64,000 nucleotides of DNA from an uncultured archaeon. Lineage in GTDB: Archaea; Thermoproteota; EX4484-205; JAAOZP01. The stretch is from NCBI GenBank assembly GCA_938045545.1, contig CALIBN010000029.1:8077-72076 (forward strand), in the 5' to 3' direction. A model generated the notes under the pieces. It ran no database searches, had not been told where the DNA came from, and saw only the letters and a list, made by a program, of their open reading frames with translations. Within the stretch, counting starts at the first letter, position 1. Each line of letters begins with the position of its first letter. Both the position numbers and the translations under genes were made by a program. Shown here one piece after another: positions 19,524 through 29,351 of this stretch.

Positions 19524-20588
19524 ATGATTCCCAAGGGTTTCTTAAAATTCGTGGCTAAAAGGACAGTCTTGCTGCTTATAAGCCTCGTAATCGCTGTATA
19601 CATATCTATATTGCTTGCTAACTTCGGTGGTCTTATAGATGAGATGGTTAAAGCCGACCTTCTGATGAGCATTACGATGAACGTTAGGAATAACCCTGCT
19701 TACCAAGGGCTCACAGCCTCCGAGAGGCAGAGGATAATAGACAGCATGTACCAGGCCGCGTTGGAGGCGAGGGGGCTTAACACCCCGTTCTTAGTAAGGA
19801 GTCTCTACCACTTGAAGAACGCCTTAACCATGGATCTGGGGACAGCCCTCTACTTAACGAGCGACAGCGGGTCGAAACAGGTGAGGCTGATAATCTTGGA
19901 GAGGCTGCCTCAAACAGTAATGCTTTTCACGACGGTGACAGTGATCAACTTCTTCCTTAATCTTCTCGGGGGCCTTTTCATAGCCAGGAAATACGGCTCT
20001 AAAATCGATAGGGCAATAGCAGCCTTGGCTCCGACGTCAGTAATACCCGGCTGGGTTTACGGGATATTTCTAATTCTGATCTTCTACACGTGGCTGCACG
20101 TTCTCCCTCCTGGCGGTTTGGTGGATTATCCCCCGCCTAAGGATCCTGCTCTATACTTCCTGTCTGTTTTAAAACACATGATATTGCCGATGCTCTCTTG
20201 GATAATAGCTGGATTATTCTTAGGGCTCTATTCGAACAGGACCTTCTTCCTGATATTCTCAACGGAGGATTACGTGGAGGTGGCTAGAGCAAAAGGTCTT
20301 CCGCCCAGACAGGTGGATATGGGCTACGTGATGAGGCCGACACTGCCTTCGATAATAACCGGGCTCTCCCTAGCCATCATCGGCTCATGGGGAGGTGCCA
20401 TAATAACTGAGACGGTGTTCGACTGGCCTGGATTAGGCAGGCTCTTGGCGGCAGCGCTCTCCTATCCAGATCCTCCCGTGATAGTGGGGGAGGTAGCAAT
20501 ATACGCTTGGCTGTTAACCATAACGGTCTTAACGCTGGATGTTATTTATGCTTTTCTAGATCCAAGGGTTAAAGTATGGGGTGGTTAA
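19524..20588 (+). CDS. ABC transporter permease (OppB/DppB-like)
   Basis: EDYVEVARAKGL (EAA loop), IITETVFDWPGLG, LDPRVK. Confidence 0.9.
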   Translation: MIPKGFLKFVAKRTVLLLISLVIAVYISILLANFGGLIDEMVKADLLMSITMNVRNNPAYQGLTASERQRIIDSMYQAALEARGLNTPFLVRSLYHLKNALTMDLGTALYLTSDSGSKQVRLIILERLPQTVMLFTTVTVINFFLNLLGGLFIARKYGSKIDRAIAALAPTSVIPGWVYGIFLILIFYTWLHVLPPGGLVDYPPPKDPALYFLSVLKHMILPMLSWIIAGLFLGLYSNRTFFLIFSTEDYVEVARAKGLPPRQVDMGYVMRPTLPSIITGLSLAIIGSWGGAIITETVFDWPGLGRLLAAALSYPDPPVIVGEVAIYAWLLTITVLTLDVIYAFLDPRVKVWGG

Positions 20589-21973
20589 AAACGGGTTCGC
20601 CGAAGCCTAGTGCTGGTTTAAAGGGGGTTTTACGCGAAGTTTTAAGCTACAAGTCTGCCGTCGCGGGTATTGTGATACTCCTCTTCCTAATAGGTCTGTC
20701 TGTCTACACTGTGGTAACAATACCCTTGCCGGAGGCGATTCAAGCCTGGAGGTCGAGCGAGGCTTGGAGCCGGAATCCTAGAAACGCTCAGCCAGAGTGG
20801 ATTGAGCTATTCTACGGGAGGAAGCTGCCCCGCACAATAACAGTTTCACTCGGAGAAAAAGCTTCTGAGGTTTTGCGTGAAGACGGAACGCTTTCTGTCT
20901 CATGGGTCATCCATTTCAACTATGAATACGATGATTTTCCATCGGAGATCATAGTTTTCTTCAACTCGAGCTTTGTTGAGAAGCCTGTGGTTGATATCTA
21001 CTGGATAAGACCGGATGGTGACGAGATTCTTCTTAAGAAACACACTTTGAGAAGACCCGATGACAGACTGTATTTGAGCAATGACCTTGGCCTAGAGCTG
21101 AGGCTGGAAAGGCTTTTCGAAAGCAAGATCGGAAAGAAACCAAACTTCACAGTGACGGTTGAGAAAGGCCTGTTCTCAGAGTATTCGCAGGATCCCCGGG
21201 TCTTAAAAGGTTTGTATGGAATGCGATTCGAAACAGCTCTGAACAAGAGCGATGTTTTGAATGCTGAAGTAGTGATATATGGTACTGTTCATGGGTTAGC
21301 TGGAACGGATCATTTAAGGAGACCCTTAATAATAGGTTTGCTCTGGGGGACTCCGATAGCAATGTCCTTCGGGCTTACAACAGCCTTGCTTACGACAGCA
21401 CTCGGCCTCATAATCGGAACGATCAGCGGCTGGTACGGCGGTAAGATTGACACTATTATACAGCGGATAGTGGAGATAAACGCTGTCCTCCCATTCCTGC
21501 CGATTCTAATATTGCTTACAACATTCTACAGAATCGATCTATTCGTTATCCTGCTCAGCGTTGTCGTTCTAAGCATATTCTCACTCGGCATAAAAGGCAC
21601 CCGTATCTTGGTCATGCAGATTAAGAGCTATCCGTACATAGAGGCGGCGCAGGCTTACGGAGCCAGTAATATGAGACTTATACTATTCTACGTGATACCG
21701 AAGATCATGCCCCCGGTGGTTCCTGGGATGATTTCCTCGGTGCCGGGCTTCGTATTTCTTGAGGCCGGACTCTCATACCTTGGGCTTGGCGACCCATTCC
21801 TACCGACATGGGGCAAGATCATAAGTGATGCTCAGACTAACGGCGCCTTCTACAAAGGCATGTACTACTGGGTTTTAGAGCCTGCTTTCATGCTGATACT
21901 TACAGCCATCGCGTTCGCGCTGATAGGGATGGCTCTAGAGAGAATAGTCAACCCTAAGCTGAAGGAGCTGTAG
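20576..21973 (+). CDS. ABC transporter permease (OppC/DppC-like)
   Basis: GTDHLRR, YIEAAQAYGAS, FLEAGLSYLGLG, VNPKL. Confidence 0.9.
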   Translation: MGWLKTGSPKPSAGLKGVLREVLSYKSAVAGIVILLFLIGLSVYTVVTIPLPEAIQAWRSSEAWSRNPRNAQPEWIELFYGRKLPRTITVSLGEKASEVLREDGTLSVSWVIHFNYEYDDFPSEIIVFFNSSFVEKPVVDIYWIRPDGDEILLKKHTLRRPDDRLYLSNDLGLELRLERLFESKIGKKPNFTVTVEKGLFSEYSQDPRVLKGLYGMRFETALNKSDVLNAEVVIYGTVHGLAGTDHLRRPLIIGLLWGTPIAMSFGLTTALLTTALGLIIGTISGWYGGKIDTIIQRIVEINAVLPFLPILILLTTFYRIDLFVILLSVVVLSIFSLGIKGTRILVMQIKSYPYIEAAQAYGASNMRLILFYVIPKIMPPVVPGMISSVPGFVFLEAGLSYLGLGDPFLPTWGKIISDAQTNGAFYKGMYYWVLEPAFMLILTAIAFALIGMALERIVNPKLKEL

Positions 21974-21977
21974 AAGA

Positions 21978-22952
21978 ATGAGCAGTAGCAAATCTGTTTT
22001 ATCAGTCCGCGACCTTAAGCTTTACTATAGGACTAGAAAAGGAGTTGTGAAGGCTCTGGAGGAGATAAGTTTCGACTTGGAGAAGGAGGATACGCTTGCG
22101 GTCGTCGGCGAGTCAGGATGTGGGAAGAGTACTTTGGCACGTGCCCTAGTTCGGGTTCTCCCTAGGAACATTCATACTTATGAGGGAAAAGTGATTCTTG
22201 AAGGCAGGAATGTTATGGAGTTAAACGAGGAAGATTTCAGGAGAGAAATAAGGTGGAGGAAAATATCTATTGTCTTTCAAGGGGCCATGAACTCCTTTAA
22301 CCCAGTGTACAAGGTTGGTTACCAGGTGGCTGAGCCGCTAATCATTCACGATCATTTGGAGAAGAAGGAGGCGTTGAAAAGGGCGAGGCAGTTGATAGAG
22401 CTTATGGGGATGCCTGGAGTCTTCGCCGATAGGTATCCGTTCGAGCTGAGCGGCGGAATGAAGCAGAGAGCAGCAATAGCTATGGCTTTGATAACAAATC
22501 CTGAAATAGTGATTCTAGACGAGCCTACTTCAGCACTAGATGTCTTGACCCAGGCTAACATAATCAATCTCCTGAAGAAGATTAAAAACGAGTTCAAGCT
22601 TACCTACATCTTCATAACTCATGACTTAGGTTTGGCCAGCGAACTCGCAAATAGGGTTGCAGTCATATACGCCGGTAAGATGGTTGAGCTCTCCAGTGCA
22701 GACATATTCTACACGCAGCCGAAGCATCCTTATTCAAAGGGTCTGCTGGCAAGTGTTCCTACGCTCAGTACCGATAGGAGGCCAGAGTTCATAACCGGGG
22801 TGCCACCTAGCCTGATCGACCCTCCGTCAGGCTGCAGGTTTCACCCTAGGTGTAGATTCGCATGGGAAAAATGCAGCTCTGAAGAACCAGCTATGTTCCA
22901 GGTGGGAAAGGATCATTTAGTTAGGTGCTGGCTGTACGGTGATGGAAAATGA
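21978..22952 (+). CDS. ABC transporter ATP-binding protein (OppD-like)
   Basis: GESGCGKS, LSGGMKQR, LDEPT, HPY motif, GCRFHPRC. Confidence 0.93.
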   Translation: MSSSKSVLSVRDLKLYYRTRKGVVKALEEISFDLEKEDTLAVVGESGCGKSTLARALVRVLPRNIHTYEGKVILEGRNVMELNEEDFRREIRWRKISIVFQGAMNSFNPVYKVGYQVAEPLIIHDHLEKKEALKRARQLIELMGMPGVFADRYPFELSGGMKQRAAIAMALITNPEIVILDEPTSALDVLTQANIINLLKKIKNEFKLTYIFITHDLGLASELANRVAVIYAGKMVELSSADIFYTQPKHPYSKGLLASVPTLSTDRRPEFITGVPPSLIDPPSGCRFHPRCRFAWEKCSSEEPAMFQVGKDHLVRCWLYGDGK

Positions 22953-23950
22953 ATTCTGAAGGGCGACTTCTTGAATTGGAGGATTTGCGGAAATGGTTTG
23001 AAATCAGACGAGGCTTTTTAAGTTCTAAGGTGAGTTATGTGAAGGCGGTAGACGGCGTGACTTTCACGTTGGACGAGGGTATGGCTGTGTCGCTTGTGGG
23101 TGAGAGTGGAAGCGGGAAGACGACTCTGGGTAAGACTATCATAAGGCTTTACGAGCCTAACGGCGGGAGAATCATATTCCAAGATAGGGATGTCACCCAT
23201 TTAAAGGCTAACGACTTAAAGTGGTACAGGAGGATGACGGGTCTTGTGCAACAGGATCCTTTCGGCGCCTTCGCGTCTCATTTCACAATATTCAGGTCCC
23301 TAGAGGAGCCTCTCCTCATCCATAACACGGTTAAGTCGAAAGAAGAGAGGGCTGAAAAAGTATTCAAGGCGCTTGAAGAAGTTAGGCTTACGCCCGTGGA
23401 GGATTTCGCATACAAATATCCCCATATGCTCAGCGGCGGTCAGCTTCAGAGGGTTGCTATCGCTAGAGCTATAATTCTCGAACCGCGCCTGCTAGTTGCC
23501 GACGAGCCTGTGTCGATGCTGGATGCTTCTGTCCGTATAGAGATCCTGACCCTCTTAAGAAGGCTTCAGGAAAGACTCAGACTTGGCGTGATATACATAA
23601 CGCATGACCTTGCGACAACAAGGTTCTTCTCAGAGTGGGCGTTGATAATGTATGCCGGACACGTTATGGAGAAGGCTTTCACTCAGGAAATCCTGAGGAA
23701 TCCTTTACATCCTTATACGAGGGCTCTGCTCACAGCTACTCCTGAGCCAAACCCGGAGAATAGAAATAGGTTTAAACAGGTTCCGCCTGGGGAGCCTCCT
23801 GCGCTAATTGATCCTCCTAAGAGCTGCAGGTTCTCTCCACGCTGTCCACGCGCTTTCGACAAGTGTTTTAAGGAGGAGCCGCCAGAGTTCGAAGCAGCCT
23901 CAGGGCACTGGGTTAAATGCTGGCTTTACGAAAGGTCTGAAGGGAAATGA
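22949..23950 (+). CDS. ABC transporter ATP-binding protein (OppF-like)
   Basis: GESGSGKT, LSGGQLQR, ADEPV, HPYT, CRFSPRC. Confidence 0.93.
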   Translation: MNSEGRLLELEDLRKWFEIRRGFLSSKVSYVKAVDGVTFTLDEGMAVSLVGESGSGKTTLGKTIIRLYEPNGGRIIFQDRDVTHLKANDLKWYRRMTGLVQQDPFGAFASHFTIFRSLEEPLLIHNTVKSKEERAEKVFKALEEVRLTPVEDFAYKYPHMLSGGQLQRVAIARAIILEPRLLVADEPVSMLDASVRIEILTLLRRLQERLRLGVIYITHDLATTRFFSEWALIMYAGHVMEKAFTQEILRNPLHPYTRALLTATPEPNPENRNRFKQVPPGEPPALIDPPKSCRFSPRCPRAFDKCFKEEPPEFEAASGHWVKCWLYERSEGK

Positions 23951-24189
23951 GTCCTAAGAAAGCGATGCTCATTGGGGTTCTGCTCTATCTGCTATCTTTT
24001 TTTACCGGTCTATATAACATGTGGTACATTAGGCAAGGCTATAATCCAACCTTGTTAACCAGTCTCGTCGTAATTCAAGTCGCCTTTTCTTTTTCCAGCA
24101 TCGCGTTGGTTGGATATGGTACTCTAGCCTACCTGATAGCGATCGTAAGGGAGGCTGTGAGGAAACAAGGAGAATCTGGCGGAGAATAG
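23947..24189 (+). CDS. Small two-TM membrane protein
   Basis: ATGA overlap with the oppF-like gene; two hydrophobic segments. Confidence 0.65.
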   Translation: MSPKKAMLIGVLLYLLSFFTGLYNMWYIRQGYNPTLLTSLVVIQVAFSFSSIALVGYGTLAYLIAIVREAVRKQGESGGE

Positions 24190-24227
24190 TTTTTCTTACT
24201 AGGTGAACCTCTAATAAACGGTTATTT

Positions 24228-25871
24228 TTAAACCGAAAGCTTCCGTCTGACTTTAACAGTTTTAAGAACAAGGTAGGAAAAGATGGCAAGCGCTAAAACA
24301 GCGCTAATTGTAATAAGCGGTGACAATTGTTCCCGGGTTTTCTCGCCTATCCCCAGGACATAGATTCCGGTCTCAGTCAATAGGAAGGATGCTGAACCCT
24401 TTGAAGAAGACTCCTCTGCTAAGAAGCCCCTTACGGTCTTCCACTCCACGCCTGTCCAGCAATAGAGGACAGGCTCCTCCTTCTGAATATCCCGAATGTC
24501 TTTCAAACTATATGTGACGTTAACCCTTGTCCAGCCGTCAGATGAGAGTAGAGTGATGTTGAAGAAACCGCTTAGGAGTCTTCCTGTTCCAAATTCAACC
24601 GGCCTAGATCCCTTTACGGAAACATCACCCCCATAAGTAAAGGAGATTTCGCTACTATTGCCATAGCTATTTATCTCCAAGTTTTTGACTATAATGTCTC
24701 CAGAGCCTTCAGAATAGAAATCGGCAATCGTGTTGTTAACGCACCGGTTATTTATAATCAGTATCTTGGATGAGCGGAATAAGTAAAGGCCATATGAATT
24801 CTGCCCAACTAGATTGTTTTCAACCTTGGCTGATAGACTGTTTTCAACGGAGATCCCAACGCGGCAGAAGGAGATGGAATTCATTGATAAAACATTGTTG
24901 ATTGTCTCGTAAGTAATGATACCGTGTCCCTTAGCGTATTCCAGCGTGTTGCCGGAAACAGTCACGTTAATACTGGAGTCAATAGCAATATTATTAGTTG
25001 AGAGGCGCACAGTGTTATCAAGTATGGCCACGTTCTGAGAGCCCTGAACCTTTATGCCTATAAGCCCTTCAACCACATCGTTCCCAGCTACAAGGCTTCT
25101 ACGTGCGTCATCCAAATAAACTCCGTAAAAGTTGTAGAGGATTTCGTTCTGGAATAATAAGGTCATTCTAGACCTGACGATGGACACGCCTATCGTATTT
25201 CCCTGAAAAACGTTTTTCGATACATTGTTTTCGTCAGATATGTGAGAGTAGAAACCATAGGTGCAATTTATCACCCTGTTTTCGATAATCGTGTTGTTAA
25301 AACACAGTGAAAGGCTGACTCCATATTTACTTAATTCGATATTGTTTCGGGAAAGAGTGTTTCCAAAACTCTCATGCAGATATATTCCGAAACTACATTC
25401 TTTAACATCATTCCCCATGAGTAAACCATTCCTCGAGCCATTAACCATAAACCCGAAATCGCCGCCTATAACTTTGTTTCCAATAATCTTATACCCCGAA
25501 GACCCTCTTATGCGTATTCCGCGTATTCCCCCAGGGTTTAGGACAGTGAAACCAATCAGCGAAACATTATCTTTCGAGATTTCTATAACATCGTTTCCAG
25601 GATTAACTGGGGTTAATTCAACTGTTCCATTGGCAATGAGTTTCACGGATTTGTTTATTTTGAGATTCTCCATATATTTGCCGGGTGGAACATATATCGT
25701 GTCTCCAACGTCAGCCGAGTTGATCGCCACCTGTATTGAAAAGCCTTTTTCAGCAGCGTTTTTGAAACTATACAGATTAGCTCCATCCGCTGACGGAAGG
25801 AGGTGGTTACCCGCGTTTTGTGAAGTAAACAATGCGAGCATTAGGAATGCCGTGTAAACGGGTCTTTCCAA
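24228..25871 (-). CDS. Cell-surface parallel beta-helix (NosD/CASH-domain) protein
   Basis: Signal peptide, SIQVAINSADVGDTIYVPPGKY, repeated GIxLxxSxNNxIxxN, C-terminal TM anchor. Confidence 0.85.
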   Translation of the reverse strand: MERPVYTAFLMLALFTSQNAGNHLLPSADGANLYSFKNAAEKGFSIQVAINSADVGDTIYVPPGKYMENLKINKSVKLIANGTVELTPVNPGNDVIEISKDNVSLIGFTVLNPGGIRGIRIRGSSGYKIIGNKVIGGDFGFMVNGSRNGLLMGNDVKECSFGIYLHESFGNTLSRNNIELSKYGVSLSLCFNNTIIENRVINCTYGFYSHISDENNVSKNVFQGNTIGVSIVRSRMTLLFQNEILYNFYGVYLDDARRSLVAGNDVVEGLIGIKVQGSQNVAILDNTVRLSTNNIAIDSSINVTVSGNTLEYAKGHGIITYETINNVLSMNSISFCRVGISVENSLSAKVENNLVGQNSYGLYLFRSSKILIINNRCVNNTIADFYSEGSGDIIVKNLEINSYGNSSEISFTYGGDVSVKGSRPVEFGTGRLLSGFFNITLLSSDGWTRVNVTYSLKDIRDIQKEEPVLYCWTGVEWKTVRGFLAEESSSKGSASFLLTETGIYVLGIGEKTREQLSPLITISAVLALAIFSYLVLKTVKVRRKLSV

Positions 25872-26217
25872 GACTGTTTGCAGAAATTTAGCAAGCCTTA
25901 TAAACGTAGTGGTTAACTGCCGGATATTTTCATGAGATGAATCTTCCTAGTCAATGAGGGAAGAAGAGGACTATTAGTTAAAACCAAGACCCTAGTGCGC
26001 TAACCGTGGAAAATAGATTTTAAAGGCTACGTGGAGCTTATCCTCGCTTTAATTCAAACAGATTCCTTCCACTGATAGTTTTAATAGATATGCTCGTAGT
26101 GATAGTGTTGCTCTTGTGTCAAGTCTTGCTGGAGCGATCATTCTTTTCTGCCACCATCAGTTTTAAAGCCTCAGGGATCTATCGGGGTTATGGCGAAGAA
26201 TAACTTTATATTCAACC

Positions 26218-26877
26218 TTGTTCCAACTACTTAAATCCAGTTTGATAGAGGTTAAGGGTGTTAAGATATATTGGCTGGGGCACGCTGGCTTCAGGATAGC
26301 TGGAGAAGGGAAAACAATCTACATAGACCCGTTCAAGATTAAGGGCGGCCCAGCAGCGGACATGATTCTTATAACACATAGTCATTTTGACCATTTGAGC
26401 GTTGAAGACGTAAGGAAAATCTCCTCTTCCAAGACTCTTTTAATAGGCCCAAAAGAGTGTGAAGCAAGGTTCAGACAGTTGGGCTTAGAGCATAAATTGG
26501 TTAAGCCGGGCGTAACCATGGATGTCTCAGGAGTAAGGGTGGAGGCTGTTCCAGCATATAATGTTGGAAAATCTTTCCACCCTAAGGTGGACGGCAAGGT
26601 TGGGTACGTGGTTACAGTGGGCGGAGTGAAAATATATCACGCAGGGGACACTGACAGGATACCTGAGATGGCCGGCATAAAGCCGGATGTCTCGATTCTC
26701 CCGGTTGGAGGAACATACACCATGAGCGCTGAGGAGGCTGCTCAAGCGGCTAAAGACATAGGCGTGGGAATATTCGTACCTATGCACTACGGCTCCATCG
26801 TCGGGGGCAAGAGTGATGCTGAAAGGTTCCGCAGCCTCATTGGGGAAAATGCCGTTATAATGGAGCCTGAGGAATAG
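26218..26877 (+). CDS. MBL-fold metallo-hydrolase (UlaG-like)
   Basis: WLGHAGF, IDPF, THSHFDH, YHAGDT, PMHY. Confidence 0.88.
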   Translation: MFQLLKSSLIEVKGVKIYWLGHAGFRIAGEGKTIYIDPFKIKGGPAADMILITHSHFDHLSVEDVRKISSSKTLLIGPKECEARFRQLGLEHKLVKPGVTMDVSGVRVEAVPAYNVGKSFHPKVDGKVGYVVTVGGVKIYHAGDTDRIPEMAGIKPDVSILPVGGTYTMSAEEAAQAAKDIGVGIFVPMHYGSIVGGKSDAERFRSLIGENAVIMEPEE

Positions 26878-26901
26878 CTGAAAACCCATTTTTTCTAAAA
26901 C

Positions 26902-27168
26902 CTAAGAGTTATCTATCTGTTTAGCACGTTTAAAAATGATCAGCGTAATCATTATCATCACTGCAGCAATAATGACACTGATGAGTATGAGTATTGGTGA
27001 GTATTCTCCGAAGCCGAATGCCAGTGGGAAAGGGCCTATGAGGATGAAGATTGCGAAGGCTCCTCCGCCCTTGGCTTCAGCCGAGGACAGCGAGGCTAGG
27101 ATAAGCGTTACAAATCCGATCATTATCAGGAGGAAGCCCGTTAAAAGGAGCTTTCCGAAAGTATTCAA
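26902..27168 (-). CDS. DUF131 family membrane protein
   Basis: GGAFAIFILIGPFPLAFG motif, hydrophobic. Confidence 0.75.
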   Translation of the reverse strand: MNTFGKLLLTGFLLIMIGFVTLILASLSSAEAKGGGAFAIFILIGPFPLAFGFGEYSPILILISVIIAAVMIMITLIIFKRAKQIDNS

Positions 27169-27174
27169 GGCTCC

Positions 27175-27438
27175 TCAGCCGTAAGTAAAGAAGACAGTTA
27201 AAAAGATCAAAATCAAGGTGAGTATGATCGCGAGTACGAGCAGCATCCTGGCTGTCTTAGGGTCTGAAGCAAGGACTATTGGGATTGGGCCTATCATCAC
27301 CACAGCCCCACCGTGCTTCTCAACCTCTGCATCTTTCTGCTTGAGAGCGCGTAGAAGCTCCATGAAAACAGCTATAAAAACGAGTAGAAAGCCCGCCAAA
27401 ACTAGGAGCATAGCGACCAGGGTCAACGGTGGACTCAT
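27175..27438 (-). CDS. DUF131 family membrane protein (TIGR00304-like)
   Basis: GGAVVMIGPIPIVLASD motif. Confidence 0.8.
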   Translation of the reverse strand: MSPPLTLVAMLLVLAGFLLVFIAVFMELLRALKQKDAEVEKHGGAVVMIGPIPIVLASDPKTARMLLVLAIILTLILIFLTVFFTYG

Positions 27439-27444
27439 ATGGGT

Positions 27445-28032
27445 CTACTCTATCGGTATCTCCTCGCCCTTCTTCTCCTTCCTGATCCTGTTCAGAGTTA
27501 CTTCGAGAATACCGTTCTTGTAGCTGGCCTTAGCCGTTTTCGGATCAACCTCCTCAGGCAGCTCAACATCCTTACTGTACTTTCTCTTCTCAGACTCAGC
27601 CCGTATTGAAAGAGTTTTTCCGACAACGTTCAGCTTAATGTCCTGCTTATCCACGCCAGGCACCTCCGCTATGACTTTAATCTTGTCCTCCTCGGTGATA
27701 ACGTCCACCAGTGGCTCAGCCGCCTCCTTGACTTCAAGAGGCTTCACGGGCGATACTTTACGCTTAACGTTTCCAAACTCCCTTACGATAGGCTTACCGT
27801 CAGGGCCTATTCTGACGGAGTAACCGTATATGAAGGGTCCGTACTCCCTCTTCACGCTACCATCCGGAAGCTTTTCCTCCCTAACGAGGTCCTTAGGAAA
27901 CTTCTCCTCAAAGCCTTTGAAGAGGTCGAAGAAATCCTCCTCGAAGGGCGATGCACTGAAGGCTCTCCGCATCATTCTCCTCAAATCCTTCTCAAGCTTT
28001 TCAAACCAGTCCTCAAACCAGTCTTCGGACAT
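27445..28032 (-). CDS. hsp20: Small heat shock protein, archaeal Hsp20
   Basis: GPFIYGYSVRIGPDGKP.VREFGN, EPLVDV, AEVPGVDK, ASYKNGILEV; GGAGGTG SD before ATG 28032. Confidence 0.92.
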   Translation of the reverse strand: MSEDWFEDWFEKLEKDLRRMMRRAFSASPFEEDFFDLFKGFEEKFPKDLVREEKLPDGSVKREYGPFIYGYSVRIGPDGKPIVREFGNVKRKVSPVKPLEVKEAAEPLVDVITEEDKIKVIAEVPGVDKQDIKLNVVGKTLSIRAESEKRKYSKDVELPEEVDPKTAKASYKNGILEVTLNRIRKEKKGEEIPIE

Positions 28033-28184
28033 TCTTAACACCTCCGTTTTAAAGCATGCTTACAGGAAGATATTAATTTTTCCCTGACGATTTCAAGCCA
28101 ATATTTCTGGAGACAATGGGCTTAGAAAGGTTGTAGACATAAGGGGCCAAAGCTTTTATTTAACCTTTGTCAAACTCTTCCAAC

Positions 28185-29273
28185 ATGTCTGGAGAATGGA
28201 TGGTTAAAGTGCTAGAGGACCTAACAAACTCATTCGGGCCCGCTGGATATGAGAAAGAAGTTCTGTCGAAGGCGAAGAGCTACATGCAGGCCTATGCTGA
28301 CGAGATTATGTCTGACAAACTTGGCTCTCTGGCTTTCGTCAAGAAAGGTGGCTCAGAGAGGCCTCGCGTCCTTCTCGCCGGCCATGTTGACGAGGTTGGC
28401 TTCGTCGTCTCAGGCATAAACGACCAGGGCTTCCTGTCTTTCGCATCCCTCGGAGGATGGTTCGACCAGGTTCTGCTGTCAACCAGAGTCATAGTTAGGA
28501 CTCAGAAGGGTGATTTAAACGGGGTTATAGCCGCGAAGCCCCCACACCTAATACCTCCGGAGGAGGCCAACAAGGTGATTACGAAGGACAACATGTTCAT
28601 AGATATAGGTGCTTCCTCAGCCGACGAGGCTAGAAACATGGGTGTTAGAATAGGAGACCCGGTTGTACCCTGCTCGAGCTTCACCATTATGAAGAATGGC
28701 GAGGTTGCGATGGGCAAGGCTTTCGACGACAGGGTTGGAGCAGCGATAGCCATGGAGGTTGTGAGAAGGCTTAGAACCGAGGGGATTCAACACCCGAACA
28801 CCGTATTTGGTGCAGCCACGGTAATGGAGGAGGTTGGCCTGAGAGGGGCTACGACGATCGCAAGCCTAGTGGATCCAGACGTGGCAATCGTGCTCGAAGT
28901 AGATATTGCCGGCGACGTCCCAGGGATACCTGCTGGACAGGCCCAGACGAAAATCGGAAGGGGGCCGTCTATAGTAGCGATGGATGCATCCATGATTCCA
29001 AATCAACCGTTGAAAAACCTGGCGATAAGAGTTGCCGAGGAAAACAATATTCCGTATCAGCTCTCGCTGGTGGCTAGAGGCGGTACGGATGCTGGGAGGA
29101 TTCACATTCATAAAGTCGGCTGCCCCAGCCTAGTTATAGGTGTTCCGACGAGACACATTCATTCAGCAGCATCAATAATGAGTCTCAGTGACGTGAGGAA
29201 TGCTGTCAGGCTTGTCCTGGAGATGGTTAAGAGGCTCGATGCGGAAACGGTAAGGAAACTTACAGAATGGTGA
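28185..29273 (+). CDS. M42 family (TET-like) aminopeptidase
   Basis: AGHVDEVG, KAFDDRVG, EEVGLRGA, GGTDAG, RHIHS. Confidence 0.92.
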   Translation: MSGEWMVKVLEDLTNSFGPAGYEKEVLSKAKSYMQAYADEIMSDKLGSLAFVKKGGSERPRVLLAGHVDEVGFVVSGINDQGFLSFASLGGWFDQVLLSTRVIVRTQKGDLNGVIAAKPPHLIPPEEANKVITKDNMFIDIGASSADEARNMGVRIGDPVVPCSSFTIMKNGEVAMGKAFDDRVGAAIAMEVVRRLRTEGIQHPNTVFGAATVMEEVGLRGATTIASLVDPDVAIVLEVDIAGDVPGIPAGQAQTKIGRGPSIVAMDASMIPNQPLKNLAIRVAEENNIPYQLSLVARGGTDAGRIHIHKVGCPSLVIGVPTRHIHSAASIMSLSDVRNAVRLVLEMVKRLDAETVRKLTEW

Positions 29274-29351
29274 CGCACCGACCTGTTTAAATGGTTTGAA
29301 GTCCCTTCGGGCCTCAATTCGTCGCCTCATGACCTCATCACGTTAGTTTCT

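Noticed and set aside
29293-29317. tRNA 3'-end-like or att-like sequence GGTTTGAAGTCCCTTCGGGCCTCA
   Set aside because: The T-loop does not match TTCRA, there is no integrase or second copy, and it reads equally well as a small hairpin after the M42 gene
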